The notes under the pieces were generated by a model, which made no database searches, was not told the origin of the DNA, and worked only from the letters and a program-made list of their open reading frames with translations. From Macrostomum lignano (lineage: Eukaryota): a stretch of 64,000 bases of DNA. Every line of letters begins with the position of its first letter. Positions within the stretch are counted from its first letter, which is position 1. This document shows positions 51,086-62,680 of the stretch, one piece after another. A program made the translations under genes and the position numbers. The stretch lies in NCBI GenBank assembly GCA_002269645.1, contig NIVC01000177.1, positions 124,001 to 188,000 of the forward strand, in the 5' to 3' direction.

Positions 51086-51287
51086 TAGTCTTACTGCTGC
51101 TGCTGAAGCCGCTGCTACTATAGCTTCCATTGGGTAGTAGCCGGATTCAATTCTGACCAATCAAAGCCCAGCTGACAGGGCTTAAGATTTTAAAATGATC
51201 TTTTAAAAGCTACTGGTAGGTCGCCTCTATTCTGCTTTCAAACAGCGAGCTGGTAATAAAATTAGTCAGTCTGACAATTAGCTGGCC

Positions 51288-52682
51288 ATGAACGACAGTT
51301 GCGCTGGCATTCTGAGCCGGCACAGCAGCAGTCTCAGCCTCAGCCTGGCATTCGTGCCCTACAGTGTGCACCTCGCCCGCACTCTGCTGCCGCTTTGGCT
51401 GGTGCTTGGCGTTCCAGGCAGCCTCCTCAGCCTGGCCGTCTGGAGCAGTCGCCAGATGCGCAGCAGCTCCAGCATCTACCTGTGCGCCTTGGCCGTACTG
51501 GATGCGGCATTCCTGTTGATGCAGCAGCTGCCCTGGCATCTGCGCGAGTACTATGACGTCAGAGTGCTCGACAACCGGCCCGTCTGCTGGGCCTTCCCTG
51601 TCTACAGCATCTGGATGCAGTACCTGTCCCCAGCCCTGATTCTCGGCTTCACTGTTGAGCGCTACATTGGCATCTGCCATCCGTTCAGCAGCCACCGGCT
51701 CTGCACCGTCCGCCGGGCTCTGGCGGCCACCGGCTGCCTGTCTGTCGGCTGCCTGCTGGTGGCGCTGATGCAGCTCCGCTTCTATCACTACGACGCTAGC
51801 GTTCAGATCTGCACAGAGGACAAACGGATTCTGGAGGCTGGCACGATGCAGCACCGGTTCTACAACGTGTGGACGAAGATCACGGAAGTGCTGTTCTTCG
51901 CCGCAGCGCCGCTGACTATCCTGGCCTTCAACCTGCTGGTGCTGGTGCAGGTGAGGCGGTCAGCGGCTAGCGGGGCGGCGGCCACCGTGTCCGAGCCATC
52001 TGCGCCCATGCCAACGTCGGCGGCGCAGCGGCGACAACCAACGGCAGCCACGGTGACGCTGCTGAGTGTCTCCTTCTACCAGATCGGCGCCATGCTGCCG
52101 GTCACCGCCCTGCTGTTTGCCAGCATCAGCCTGGTCAGCACCGACTTGGAGGGCCTCACCTGCAACCTCACCGACGCCCAGGTGCGCCAGCAAATCGATG
52201 ACGGCCAGCTGCCCCAGCTGCGCACCTATTTCGCTCACCTGGCCGCTAGTCACATAGTTAACAGCCTGGCCGTCAGTCACAATGCGCTGAAATTCTTTGT
52301 CTACCTGGCCACCGGCGCCCTGTTCCGCAGGAAGCTGGCCAGGCTGCTGTGCACCCGGCGACTCGGGGTCGCCGCGGCTGCCAGCGTCGGCGGCGGTCAA
52401 GACCGAGCCGGCAGAGACGACGCCTTCATCGTCTCGGTGCAGCTGCCGTCCCGACGCACGTCGGAGCAGCGTCGACGTCTGCGTCGGTCGGTGCGCGGCT
52501 TTTCATCTGCAGCGCCGGCCGAAGCCGAGGCCGGTAACAACGCGGTCGATGCTGAGAAGAACGGAGCGTCGGCGCTGTCAAAATCCGAGGAGAAGCCGCC
52601 GCTGCTTCTGCAGCCGCCACCGCATCCGATGCAGACTTCGATCGAGTTGGAGGGCGAGCAACTGCAGCTGTCCTGGGTCTAG
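51288..52682 (+). CDS. Intronless rhodopsin-class GPCR, FMRFamide/myosuppressin/sex-peptide receptor-like, 464 aa
   Basis: Seven hydrophobic segments. TM1 LPLWLVLGVPGSLLSLAVW, SSSIYLCALAVLD, C...YLSPALILGFTVERYIGICHPF, TM5 FFAAAPL.ILAFN, TM6 FYQIGAMLP, TM7 NSLAVSHNALKFFVY..TGALFRR. Acceptor-like aattag just before the ATG. Confidence 0.95.
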   Translation: MNDSCAGILSRHSSSLSLSLAFVPYSVHLARTLLPLWLVLGVPGSLLSLAVWSSRQMRSSSSIYLCALAVLDAAFLLMQQLPWHLREYYDVRVLDNRPVCWAFPVYSIWMQYLSPALILGFTVERYIGICHPFSSHRLCTVRRALAATGCLSVGCLLVALMQLRFYHYDASVQICTEDKRILEAGTMQHRFYNVWTKITEVLFFAAAPLTILAFNLLVLVQVRRSAASGAAATVSEPSAPMPTSAAQRRQPTAATVTLLSVSFYQIGAMLPVTALLFASISLVSTDLEGLTCNLTDAQVRQQIDDGQLPQLRTYFAHLAASHIVNSLAVSHNALKFFVYLATGALFRRKLARLLCTRRLGVAAAASVGGGQDRAGRDDAFIVSVQLPSRRTSEQRRRLRRSVRGFSSAAPAEAEAGNNAVDAEKNGASALSKSEEKPPLLLQPPPHPMQTSIELEGEQLQLSWV

Positions 52683-53215
52683 AGGAGTCTTATCTCGGAG
52701 GCCCAGCCGCAGATTCTTGACCCATTCCGCCGGCTCCTTAAGCGGCCTGCCTGTTCACATAGAGGAGGTCACCCCGCACTGTCTATAACTTGAGCAAAAT
52801 CGAAGAGTACGAAAGCTGTTTATAAAACACATTCAAATACATTCAATGTCCACTGCGGCATTAATTGTTTAACTGATGAGATCTGACACTAAAACAGATC
52901 ATGCAAGATTTCATTGGTGTAAGCCTTATATAATTGTTTAGAATTTGCACTTTTGATACGAGTAAATCAGCAGCTACTGCCGTCAACACTCAGCTGCTTT
53001 GGCAAATAACTTTCAAGTTAGGGTGAAAATAAGATTTTAAGTATTTAGCAGCTTTCGTTTTCTGTCAGAGATAATCTCTACTTTTGCTTTCCCAACTTAA
53101 TCCAAAGACTAAGAAAATGCTGTGGTTTTAACTTTTCTCACAATTTCTTGTCTTGGCTAATTCAACTTCTATTTTTTATAAATTCCTATCTGTCTTAGTA
53201 ACTGGCCGGGTGACC

Positions 53216-53896
53216 TAGTGTCTGTCCCTTCCTGTCTTAGTGTCTGTCCCTTCCTGTCTTAGTGTTTGTCCCTTCCTGTCTTAGTGTCTGTCCCTTCCTG
53301 TCTTAGTGTCTGTCCCTTCCTGTCTTAGTGTCTGTCCCTTCCTGTCTTAGTGTCTGTCCCTTCCTGTCTTAGTGTCTGTCCCTTCCTGTCTTAGTGTCTG
53401 TCCCTTCCTGTCTTAGTGTCTGTCCCTTCCTGTCTTAGTGTCTGTCCCTTCCTGTCTTAGTGTCTGTCCCTTCCTGTCTTAGTGTCTGTCCCTTCCTGTC
53501 TTAGTGTCTGTCCCTTCCTGTCTTAGTGTCTGTCCCTTCCTGTCTTAGTGTCTGTCCCTTCCTGTCTTAGTGTCTGTCCCTTCCTGTCTTAGTGTCTGTC
53601 CCTTCCTGTCTTAGTGTTTGTTCCTTCCTGTCTTAGTGTCTGTCCCTTCCTGTCTTAGTGTCTGTCCCTTCCTGTCTTAGTGTCTGTCCCTTCCTGTCTT
53701 AGTGTCTGTCCCTTCCTGTCTTAGTGTCTGTCCCTTCCTGTCTTAGTGTCTGTCCCTTCCTGTCTTAGTGTCTGTCCCTTCCTGTCTTAGTGTCTGTCCC
53801 TTCCTGTCTTAGTGTCTGTCCCTTCCTGTCTTAGTGTCTGTCCCTTCCTGTCTTAGTGTCTGTCCCTTCCTGTCTTAGTGTCTGTCCCTTCCTATC
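53216..53896. repeat. Highly homogeneous 22-bp minisatellite (TTAGTGTCTGTCCCTTCCTGTC)n, about 31 copies
   Basis: Directly visible. Confidence 0.98.
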
Positions 53897-56069
53897 TTGC
53901 GCCAAAATCCGACAGCTACCCATGACAGCCCATGAGAGTCCGGGCATCCCCAGCCCCAATCCAATCTAATCCTGTCGGTAAAATTGAAAAGCCCCTAACC
54001 TTCCGCCTCTAAAATAATCTTCCGGCTGATTCGAAGCCGGCGCTGACGCATCAGAAGCCACCTGACAGGCCAGTGACGGACGGCCGCGCGCTGCCAGGGC
54101 GGACAGGCTAACACGCCGCACAGAATAGGGGAAGGCTAATCAGTCATTCGCCGACAGCGGGGAATCTGTTGCCAGCTCATCTCTTTCGCTCTGTTTCTTT
54201 CTTTTCCCATCTTGACTTCAGAGGCCACTTCGCGTAGCGGCAAAAGGCCCGGCCAGCAGCAAGTCAGGCACCAGAAAGTACTTTCTATATAGGTTCAGTA
54301 TAGGCCGCGGGTCAGCCAGCCGTGACCACCAATAACTCACGGAGCCCCCCGCCTGCTGGCGCATTCGAATGGCGAATGGCGTACGCACGTATGCTGGCGC
54401 ATTATAGCAAGCAACTGCATATGCCAACTGGGGCGCTAGCCGGCTTCCCTTGAGCCTTGGGCATCGACTTTGCTTGATTGATTTTCATTTTCTTCTTCTC
54501 TTTCTCTAGTTGTAATTAACTAATAATAATATTATTATTACTAATATCATTATTAACTTTGAAAACAGCGTGATTCACCCATCATAGGCTAGGCTGGCCA
54601 TGTAAAAATTAATTCTAACAGGCTAAGCATTACTACTAGCGTATATGGCCTTTCATAAATAAACATTAGCAAATGTCTGTCAGTACGGTTGCTTATTTAC
54701 GAAGCCTTTAGCGGTTAAGCGGTTTAGCGGTCAGTCGTGTGGAAAAATGCCTAGCATTATAATGTATACTTCAGCCTGCGGGCAGAAACTGCATGCATGC
54801 CAAACTGGTTGGGGAAATTGTTCTGCTAATTGGAGAATTCGATGGATTTTGGCAATGAAATCAGGTTCTGATTTAAAATAAAATGAGCATTTACGGTAAA
54901 GTAAAGTACATATTCGTCTGCGTATAGATAAGTTGAGCTAAAGTAATAAAGGGAAAATGTAATTTTCACATTCATTTAGATGATTTACCAGTAAAAGTTA
55001 AAAAAATAATTATAAGGTTTGTTTTAATCTTCAAAAATTATTTTCCAGGAAACAAAATACCCGTCCATCTACTTTCCTCAGGGGTCCCTGCCGGGCTTAC
55101 TGTTATGAAAGCAGTTTGAAGTATAGCTCGTAAAAATCAATAATGTAAAAGACTTCCGAATTTCAAACAACCCTTATAATATTTTAATGTTCAAAAGCCC
55201 ATGGTTTCTTTAAGCTAAGTACCGGTATGCAAAGCATTGCATTTCAAAACAACTGTTTAAAGCTTTGGTTTAGAATTGATCAGATCATTTCTAAGACAGT
55301 CGAGTGTAGCGGCCCTTTACTGCGGTTGTCCATGTGTATTCCCGTCCAGCTTCCAGGTGGTCCTTGAATCGACTACTATGAGTAGCTAACTATCAAGATA
55401 GCTATTGCTCAATTGATAGCGCAGGTAAAGTCAATCATCTTCTTATCTCAGCAGTCTTTATCCATAAATTTCTCTCTTTCCAAGCAAATCGTTTCTTAGA
55501 AATCTCCATCTCTCTTTGACTTGAAGAAGCCGCAGAATTTATCGCACAAAGAAGCCCTAGAAATCCCGCCCATCAGATGATGACCAGTGACAACGAAAAT
55601 GGCCCACTATGGATTAGTCAGTAATAAAAGATTAACCAGTTGCACAGAATACCAGAAAGAAAATGAGCCAGTATCTAGTCAATAACTCATGATAGAGATA
55701 AAGAGTTAATTGGAAAAGGCTATAGCAAAAGAGAAAGTGCTGCGCAAGCCTCCTCAGGTCTCCTCTACGCAAGCAATTGCTCATTCTTGCCTTATCCTGC
55801 CTGTCTATGCCAGTTAGCTGCAGGAAATTTATTTGCTCTGTCCCTGTCTTGGCGTTGGACAGTTGCAGTGGGCGGGAATATTTATTAGCAGCAATACAGG
55901 CCTCAACAATGGCCGAGCAGATGCCAAAGCTAGTGAGCTGGCTTGATTTATTACGCAAAGAAAATAAGAGTACCATGCATGCTATCCAGCATAGCTCTCG
56001 TTTCCTGATGCAATCACTGTTGCGACTGTTAGAAGAGTTCGGTTGTGCTCTGCTTGCTGAGATTGAGGG

Positions 56070-57410
56070 GTAGCGGAGGGTAACTATCTGAAGGATATTG
56101 GGACTGAAGGACGGAGGGTAGCTACCTGAAGGACACTGGGTAGCGGAGGGTAGCTATCTGAAGGACACTGGGTAGCGGAGGGTAGCTATCTGAAGGATAT
56201 TGGGTAGCGGAGGGTAGCTATCCGAAGGACATTGGGTAGCGGAGGGTAGCTATCTGGAGGACACTGGATAGCGGAGGGTAGCTATCCGAAGGACATTGGG
56301 TAGCGGAGGGTAGCTATCCGAAGGACATTGGGTAGCGGAGGGTAGCTATCCGAAGGACACTGGGTAGCGGAGGGTAGCTATCTGAAGGACATTGGGTAGC
56401 GGAGGGTAGCTATCTGGAGGACACTGGATAGCGGAGGGTAGCTATCTGAAGGACACTGGGTAGCGGAGGGTAGCTATCTGGAGGAAATGGGTAGCGGAGG
56501 GTAGCTATCTGAAGGACATTGGGTAGCGGAGGGTAGCTATCCGAAGGACATTGGGTAGCGGAGGGTAGCTATCTGAAGGACATTGGGTAGCGGAGGGTAG
56601 CTATCTGAAGGACACTGGGTAGCGGAGGGTAGCTATCTGAAGGACACTGGGTAGCGGAGGGTAGCTATCCGAAGGACATTGGGTAGCGGAGGGTAGCTAT
56701 CCGAAGGACATTGGGTAGCGGAGGGTAGCTATCCGAAGGACATTGGGTAGCGGAGGGTAGCTATCTGAAGGACACTGGGTAGCGGAGGGTAGCTATCTGA
56801 AGGACATTGGGTAGCGGAGGGTAGCTATCTGAAGGACATTGGGTAGCGGAGGGTAGCTATCTGAAGGACACTGGGTAGCGGAGGGTAGCTATCTGAAGGA
56901 TATTGGGACTGAAGGACGGAGGGTAGCTACCTGAAGGACACTGGGTAGCGGAGGGTAGCTATCTGAAGGACACTGGGTAGCGGAGGGTAGCTATCTGAAG
57001 GACATTGGGTAGCGGAGGGTAGCTATCCGAAGGACACTGGGTAGCGGAGGGTAGCTATCCGAAGGACACTGGGTAGCGGAGGGTAGCTATCCGAAGGACA
57101 TTGGGTAGCGGAGGGTAGCTACCTGAAGGACATTGGGTAGCGGAGGGTAGCTATCCGAAGGACATTGGGTAGCGGAGGGTAGCTATCCGAAGGACATTGG
57201 GTAGCGGAGGGTAGCTATCCGAAGGACACTGGGTAGCGGAGGGTAGCTATCCGAAGGACATTGGGTAGCGGAGGGTAGCTATCCGAAGGACACTGGGTAG
57301 CGGAGGGTAGCTATCCGAAGGACACTGGGTAGCGGAGGGTAGCTATCCGAAGGACACTGGGTAGCGGAGGGTAGCTATCCGAAGGACATCGGGTAGCGGA
57401 GGGTAGCGGA
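56070..57410. repeat. 32-bp minisatellite (GGGTAGCGGAGGGTAGCTATCTGAAGGACACT)n, about 42 copies
   Basis: Directly visible. Confidence 0.98.
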
Positions 57411-58170
57411 GAGTCACTGAAGGACTTTGGGCAGTGGAGTGTCACTGATTTTCACGATCAAATTAAAGTTGAGAGCCATATCGGACACTTCATCCTAAGC
57501 AAGCAGGCATGTATTGCAGGCAGAAATTTAAACAAATTGTACTTGTGACTGAGTATTCTGATTGTGTCCAGCACTCCTCCTGTAATGTCACGATGTCACG
57601 GTCGCCTAGTTTTGCGACAAACATGTCATGTCTCTATGACTTCGTGTCTCCTGTCAGAGTGCAGAGTGAAGTTACCGCCAGACACCCAACGGTAGCCACC
57701 TGCTAGCCGCTGTAGTTTTCGTGTCAGATTTTATCGAGTCCAATCTTACACAGAGGCCTATAGACGCTACTGCCAGGCCAGTAAAAGCTAATGAATATTA
57801 ATGGATAGGAGAGACGCGAGCTCCAAGCTGCTTTCGGTTGGCACGCGATCGAGCGTTTCTTGAAATTGCTTGTGCAAGAAGAAAGATAAGAAATAGGGAA
57901 ATTCGAATAGAATGAACCAGAGGGATGGGGAGAGTGAATGGACTGCGAGAGGATGATCGGAAATGTCCGCTCGAAGCATGGAGAGAACGGAGGCCACTGC
58001 GTATTTGATTTTATCTAGAAGAACTCTGATATTTAATATTTACATGCTATTGAACACCAAGTGCGCTGATCCAAAAGTTCATAAAATCTATTTTAAGCAG
58101 AGTCGATATCCTTTCAAAGGTGATAATTAATGTTCTCATTGCTAATGTGTACTGCGTGTGTGTGTCATGG

Positions 58171-58209
58171 GTCTGTCTGTCGGTCTGTCTGTCTGTCTGT
58201 CTGTCTTAG

Positions 58210-58262
<53 letters not shown>

Positions 58263-58265
58263 TAG

Positions 58266-58358
<93 letters not shown>

Positions 58359-58399
58359 GCCTGCCTGTCTGTCTGTCTATCTGTCTGTCTGTCTGTCTA

Positions 58400-58455
<56 letters not shown>
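58171..58455. repeat. (TCTG)n microsatellite with CTTAGTGT variants
   Basis: Directly visible; reverse-complement counterpart of 41958-42510. Confidence 0.98.
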
Positions 58456-58456
<1 letters not shown>

Positions 58457-58705
58457 GTAAAACGCTGGTAATAATTATTCAATAATGATTAGCCAACGCA
58501 GCAACTCCTGTCTTCATTTACTTTTCAAGCCGCAAACAGGTGAAACGAATCAGAAGCTCGAATGTAAGCTTCAGCGCACAGTGAGTGCCGCTCCTGTTCT
58601 GACAGAGCAGCTTTGGCAATCTGCAATTCAAATTCTGCTGACCAGACTGCGTGCAACACTCGACTATATGAGGCCAGCGAGCCCCAGGCAAGCCGGCTGA
58701 CAGCC

Positions 58706-60296
58706 ATGCACAGCCCGGACAGCACGGAGGAGATCGGCCTCAGCCCCGTTGGCGAGGCTTCCAACCAGCGCCCGGGCGTCATCGGCCAGGTCGACAGCAA
58801 AGTCGCGCACTGCGACGCGTGCACGACGGCCCGAGGCTGACGCCGCTGCCGGCGCTGCTGGCTGGCCCGGCTGGCGGCCTGGCCGGCCTCCTGCTGGGCG
58901 TCAGCCTGCGGATTCTCTGCGCAGACGTCGCCGCTGGCGGCCTGCTGGCCTGGGCGCTCGGCTGGCCCGGCCGGGCCTGGGCGGACCTCCTCCGCTGCGC
59001 TGTGCTGCCGCAGGCCACGGTTGCCGCTGCCGCTGCGCTGCTCGAATTAAGTCTTGGCAGCGTCGCGGCGCTGGTCTTAGTAACGGTTGCTATGCAGATG
59101 GCAGCCTGGATTCTGGCCACCGGGGCATTATGTCGCTGATGCTGTGGCTTCGGCCTGGACAGCTGAGAGTCGAGGACAGCAGCGGCGGAGGCGGCGGCGA
59201 GTTCACCTCAGGTGACACCCTGGCCGCCGCGGCCGCTATTCTGGACGTCCTGGGCGGTCTGCTGTTCCCCGACAGCTTGGCTGCGGCTGCCATGAGCAAG
59301 CGGCCCCTGAGGCTGCACGCTTGGCAGCTCCGCTGGGCCAATGCCAGCAATGCAACCAGCAGCGCCGATCCGGCTGACTTTGCCGTGTTCGCCCCGCCCG
59401 GTCCGAACTTGCTGGGCCTGCTGGCCGTCACAGGGACAGCCGTAGCCCTGCTGAAGCATCGCGACGTCCACGGCGACCTATTCGAAACGGTAAGAGCTCT
59501 GCGGAGTGCCGTCGCGCGCGCCCACCACTGCCTGCGCCACCTGGCGCCGTTTGGCTTTGCCAGCCTGGCCGCCCAGGCCGCGCTGGAGGCGCCGCCGCCG
59601 CCGCCGCTGGCCGACGTTGGAGCCAGCGTGCCCGGCCTGGCGCTGTGCCTCGGCCTGCTGGCGGCCTGGCTGCTGCTGCTGGGACTCGCACTGCCTCTGC
59701 CGCCGCTGCTTGCCGCTTCCGGCGGGCGGCCCAGCCCCGTCCGCTGCCTGGCCGAGGCGCTGCCCGCTGCCGGAGTCGCCTTCGCCACGGGGTCCGGCGC
59801 TGCAGCGATCGGCGCCAGTCGGCGCTGTTGTCGCGCCCTCGGCGCCTCGTCAGCCATCGGCGGCGCGGATTTTCTGCTGCCGTTGGCCGCTTCGCTGAGC
59901 GCCGGCGCCGGCGCCTCCAGGCTGGCCGGCTGCGCCATCTTCCTGGGCCAGCGCAGCCTGGCGGCCAAGCTCGGCGCTGACGTGCACCGGCTCCTGGCGA
60001 TCGCTGCAGTGGCCACGGCCTGCGCACTGGTCTCGGCCGGCTCTTCGTCTCCTGCGCCGGCCGGCCTGGCCGACCTTCGTCTCGTCCTGCTGGCCGGGGC
60101 AATTCGAGCCGACGAGCTGCACCTGCTGGCGCCGACCGAGAGGTTCGCGGCCCGGTGCTCGGCGGCGGTCGGCGCCCTGATCGACATCGCCTGCTGCTGC
60201 GTTTCCGACCGGCTGCACAGGCGGTGGTCGAAGGCGGCTGACGGCGATATAGGAGAGGCAGAGGCGGAAGCCGACGTAGCAGAGGCTGAAGCTTAA
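58706..60296 (+). CDS. Highly divergent SLC1 (EAAT/ASCT, dicarboxylate/amino acid:cation symporter) family protein, about 530 aa if two apparent -1 frameshifts (near 58799-58801 and 59122-59125) are corrected; could be a pseudogene
   Basis: Frame of 58819 gives TM1-3 (LAGLLLGVSL..GWPGRAWADLLRCAVLP). Frame of 58749 gives LWLRPG, ILDVLGGLLFPDSL, PNLLGLL, LAPFG, FLLPLAAS, AIFLGQ, PAGL, ERFAARC..V..L.D, which align gaplessly with EAAT3 TM7/TM8. ATG 58706 follows an acceptor-like ctgacag. Confidence 0.82.
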
Positions 60297-60916
60297 AACT
60301 TTGACTGACTAACTCAGCCCCAAAGTCCAGGTTCATCGTGTATTAAATGGGCACGCAATCGGCATCAGAGGAAATAGCCAGCGAAACTTTGACAGCAGAA
60401 ATGACTGAATTTGCTTATTGCAGCCTGCGGCTAGGTGCCCTTTGGCTAACAGCTGGCACTGCATTGCAAAGTGGCACAAATGTTTACATTGCGTTCTACT
60501 GACTAGAATCAGTCTTTGACTGCTGCTACAAACCTCTTGATTTGGCTTGGTAAAAGAAGCAATTTCGTGATCGCATCATTCATTGTGTGTAAAATAAAAT
60601 TTTAGCTCAAGAATCTAGTTATTCAACTCCGAGCTCGTATAGATAATACAATTTTAATTAACCTGTGGAATGATTAAAGAGAGCTCCTACTGACAAGTAG
60701 GCAGGAACGAATCATATTGGATAGTGGGATGCGAATACTGTTGCACACTGACAGATCAATAGTAGTGCGAAACCACTCGGAGTGTGTATGGAAGAGCTGG
60801 GCACATGTTTAACCTCCATTATATTTATCGGACATTGGGTTATTGAATTTGAACAGCAAGCTCTTTAGGACTTGCTTACTGCATCACCCAGGGACTCGGG
60901 ACAGGAAACGGCCGAG

Positions 60917-61159
60917 TCATGCAAAAAAGTTTACGACTAAACTCACCTGAAATGTAGTACACAGCGGCATTCTCATGCGATGTGTCCCAATGTCCCAAAG
61001 TGTCCCAATTTCATCAACTTGATATTTTACTAGTAACGCTGCACTGAGCAACACCTGCTCAACTGAAATAAAGTGATTTCCGTCACCCATTTGACGGTAC
61101 ACACCGAATTTGCCTTCCAAATTATCTGTGTGGAATTCAGAGAGCAGTACATACTTCAT
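60917..61159 (-). mobile_element. P-element/THAP9-like transposase fragment (decayed)
   Basis: KYVLLSEFHTDNLEGKFGVYRQMGDGNHFISVEQVL resembles the P-transposase catalytic glutamate region (Y.L...F.TD.LE..FG.YRQ..G.N...SV..VL). Confidence 0.7.
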
Positions 61160-61518
61160 AGAAATACGTACGAGTACTGGTCTACTTTCTAAAGCATACT
61201 TTCTAAAAATAAATGTGCCAAAGTAAATGGTATATATTCCCCATTTATACCAGTGCTAAGGCAATATTTTTTTGCCATAGACACTTGTATAAATGGGAAA
61301 TATTTGATGTATCCATCAGTTGCCATTTATTTGCGCTCAGTTCCATCACACACTGGAATAGTGCGTCACACACTGAAGCGACATAAACGGAAGCTTCCAA
61401 GCAAGCGAGTGGCTAAAAGAAAAGTCAGAAGTTCATGCATGCGATCTAAGAGCTACACTGAACACTGCATACCGGAGCCACGCAAACGGTTTTCTACTAA
61501 GTGGATTTCATCATTAAA

Positions 61519-62680
61519 ATGCCTCGGTTGCTGATTGGATGCACTGCTCAGCGGATTTTAGGGTATTTCCTGTTAGCAGCGTTCAGTACAATAACTGCGA
61601 AGCTGTATTTTGATTACTTGAACGCACAGGTAAAGAAAAGTTTGCCATGGGAATCGGCTAGCGATAATAAACGTCCCATAACGCACCAAGGCTTCAGTGG
61701 GAAAAGCACGGAGAGCACCACTCAGCCCGCTGAGCTGCCCCAGCTGCCTTCCTCTGAGTTCTACATTCGAATGTTGAGCGCAAGGTCGCCGCCTCGAGGT
61801 GATCTGTTCGATCCGCAGATCAATGCGACTGAACTGCGAGCAACTGTCAAGCTGCTGTGGGCGTTTTTGGACCTGTGCAAACAGCACAACATCCAGGTGA
61901 TGCTGTACGGAGGTACACTGTTAGGCTCGTACCGGCATCATGGCGTCATTCCATGGGATGACGATCTGGACATGCTGATGAGGGAGGCCGACAAGCGCAG
62001 ACTTATTGAAGCTCTGAAGGGGTGAGTCTATCGACATTGCGTGCAACTATAGGCGTTCCTGTCATAGACGGTTGGTTAGTCAAGTCCTCGCACCCTTAGT
62101 AGACGTTCCTAAAAATGGTAGTCAAAAAAGACAAAACATCAACATCAACAGGCACCCGGACCTTCGCCTAAGGCAAGCTGGTCGGTGGAAAGTGTCCAGC
62201 AAGTCACATTGTCTTAACGTGGCCAGACACGGCTGCTGGCCCTTCATTGACCTGTCATTCCACGAGCTGGAGGGTGGCTGGGTTAATGACTTGCACGACT
62301 CTTTTGGGAAGAAGTGCCGCTACCCAGAAAAGGTGACCTTCCCGCTGCATAAGAGGCCGTTCATGGGCCGCTGGGTCGACTCACCCAGAGATGCGCTCAA
62401 CTTTCTATCCTACTCGTACGAGCCTTCAAACGCATGCATCAGCCTGCACTATTCCCACAAGTTTGAGCGCTATCCAAACGTTACATCGGTGTCAATCGAC
62501 TGCAAGGAACTCGCTCTGACCTACCCGTTTGTGTATCGCGTCCCGGACTCTGCTACCTCTCGTGGTGGCGTCTTGGAGACGCTGGTATTTTCTGACGGCG
62601 GACCGGTGTACACTGTGCCAGTTAATGAGCCAAACGGTGTGATCAACGCTATTTACAGCACTCTGTTGGTGAAGAATTGA
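61519..62680 (+). CDS. LicD/fukutin-related nucleotidyltransferase-fold type II membrane protein, 343 aa; join(61519..62021,62152..62680)
   Basis: N-terminal [21 protein letters not shown]; LicD motif [23 protein letters not shown]; junction AAG GG|gtgagt..aacag|G CAC is in phase; downstream WPFIDL and [15 protein letters not shown]. Confidence 0.92.

Noticed and set aside
55632-56073. 114-aa and 98-aa ORFs, faintly hAT/CGGBP-like (ACIAAN)
   Set aside because: The similarity is too short to call by eye.
59090-60336. 365-aa and 302-aa antisense ORFs over the SLC1 gene
   Set aside because: Expected shadow ORFs of very GC-rich coding sequence. The same applies to antisense ORFs over the JmjC, SLC18, GPCR and 35151 genes.
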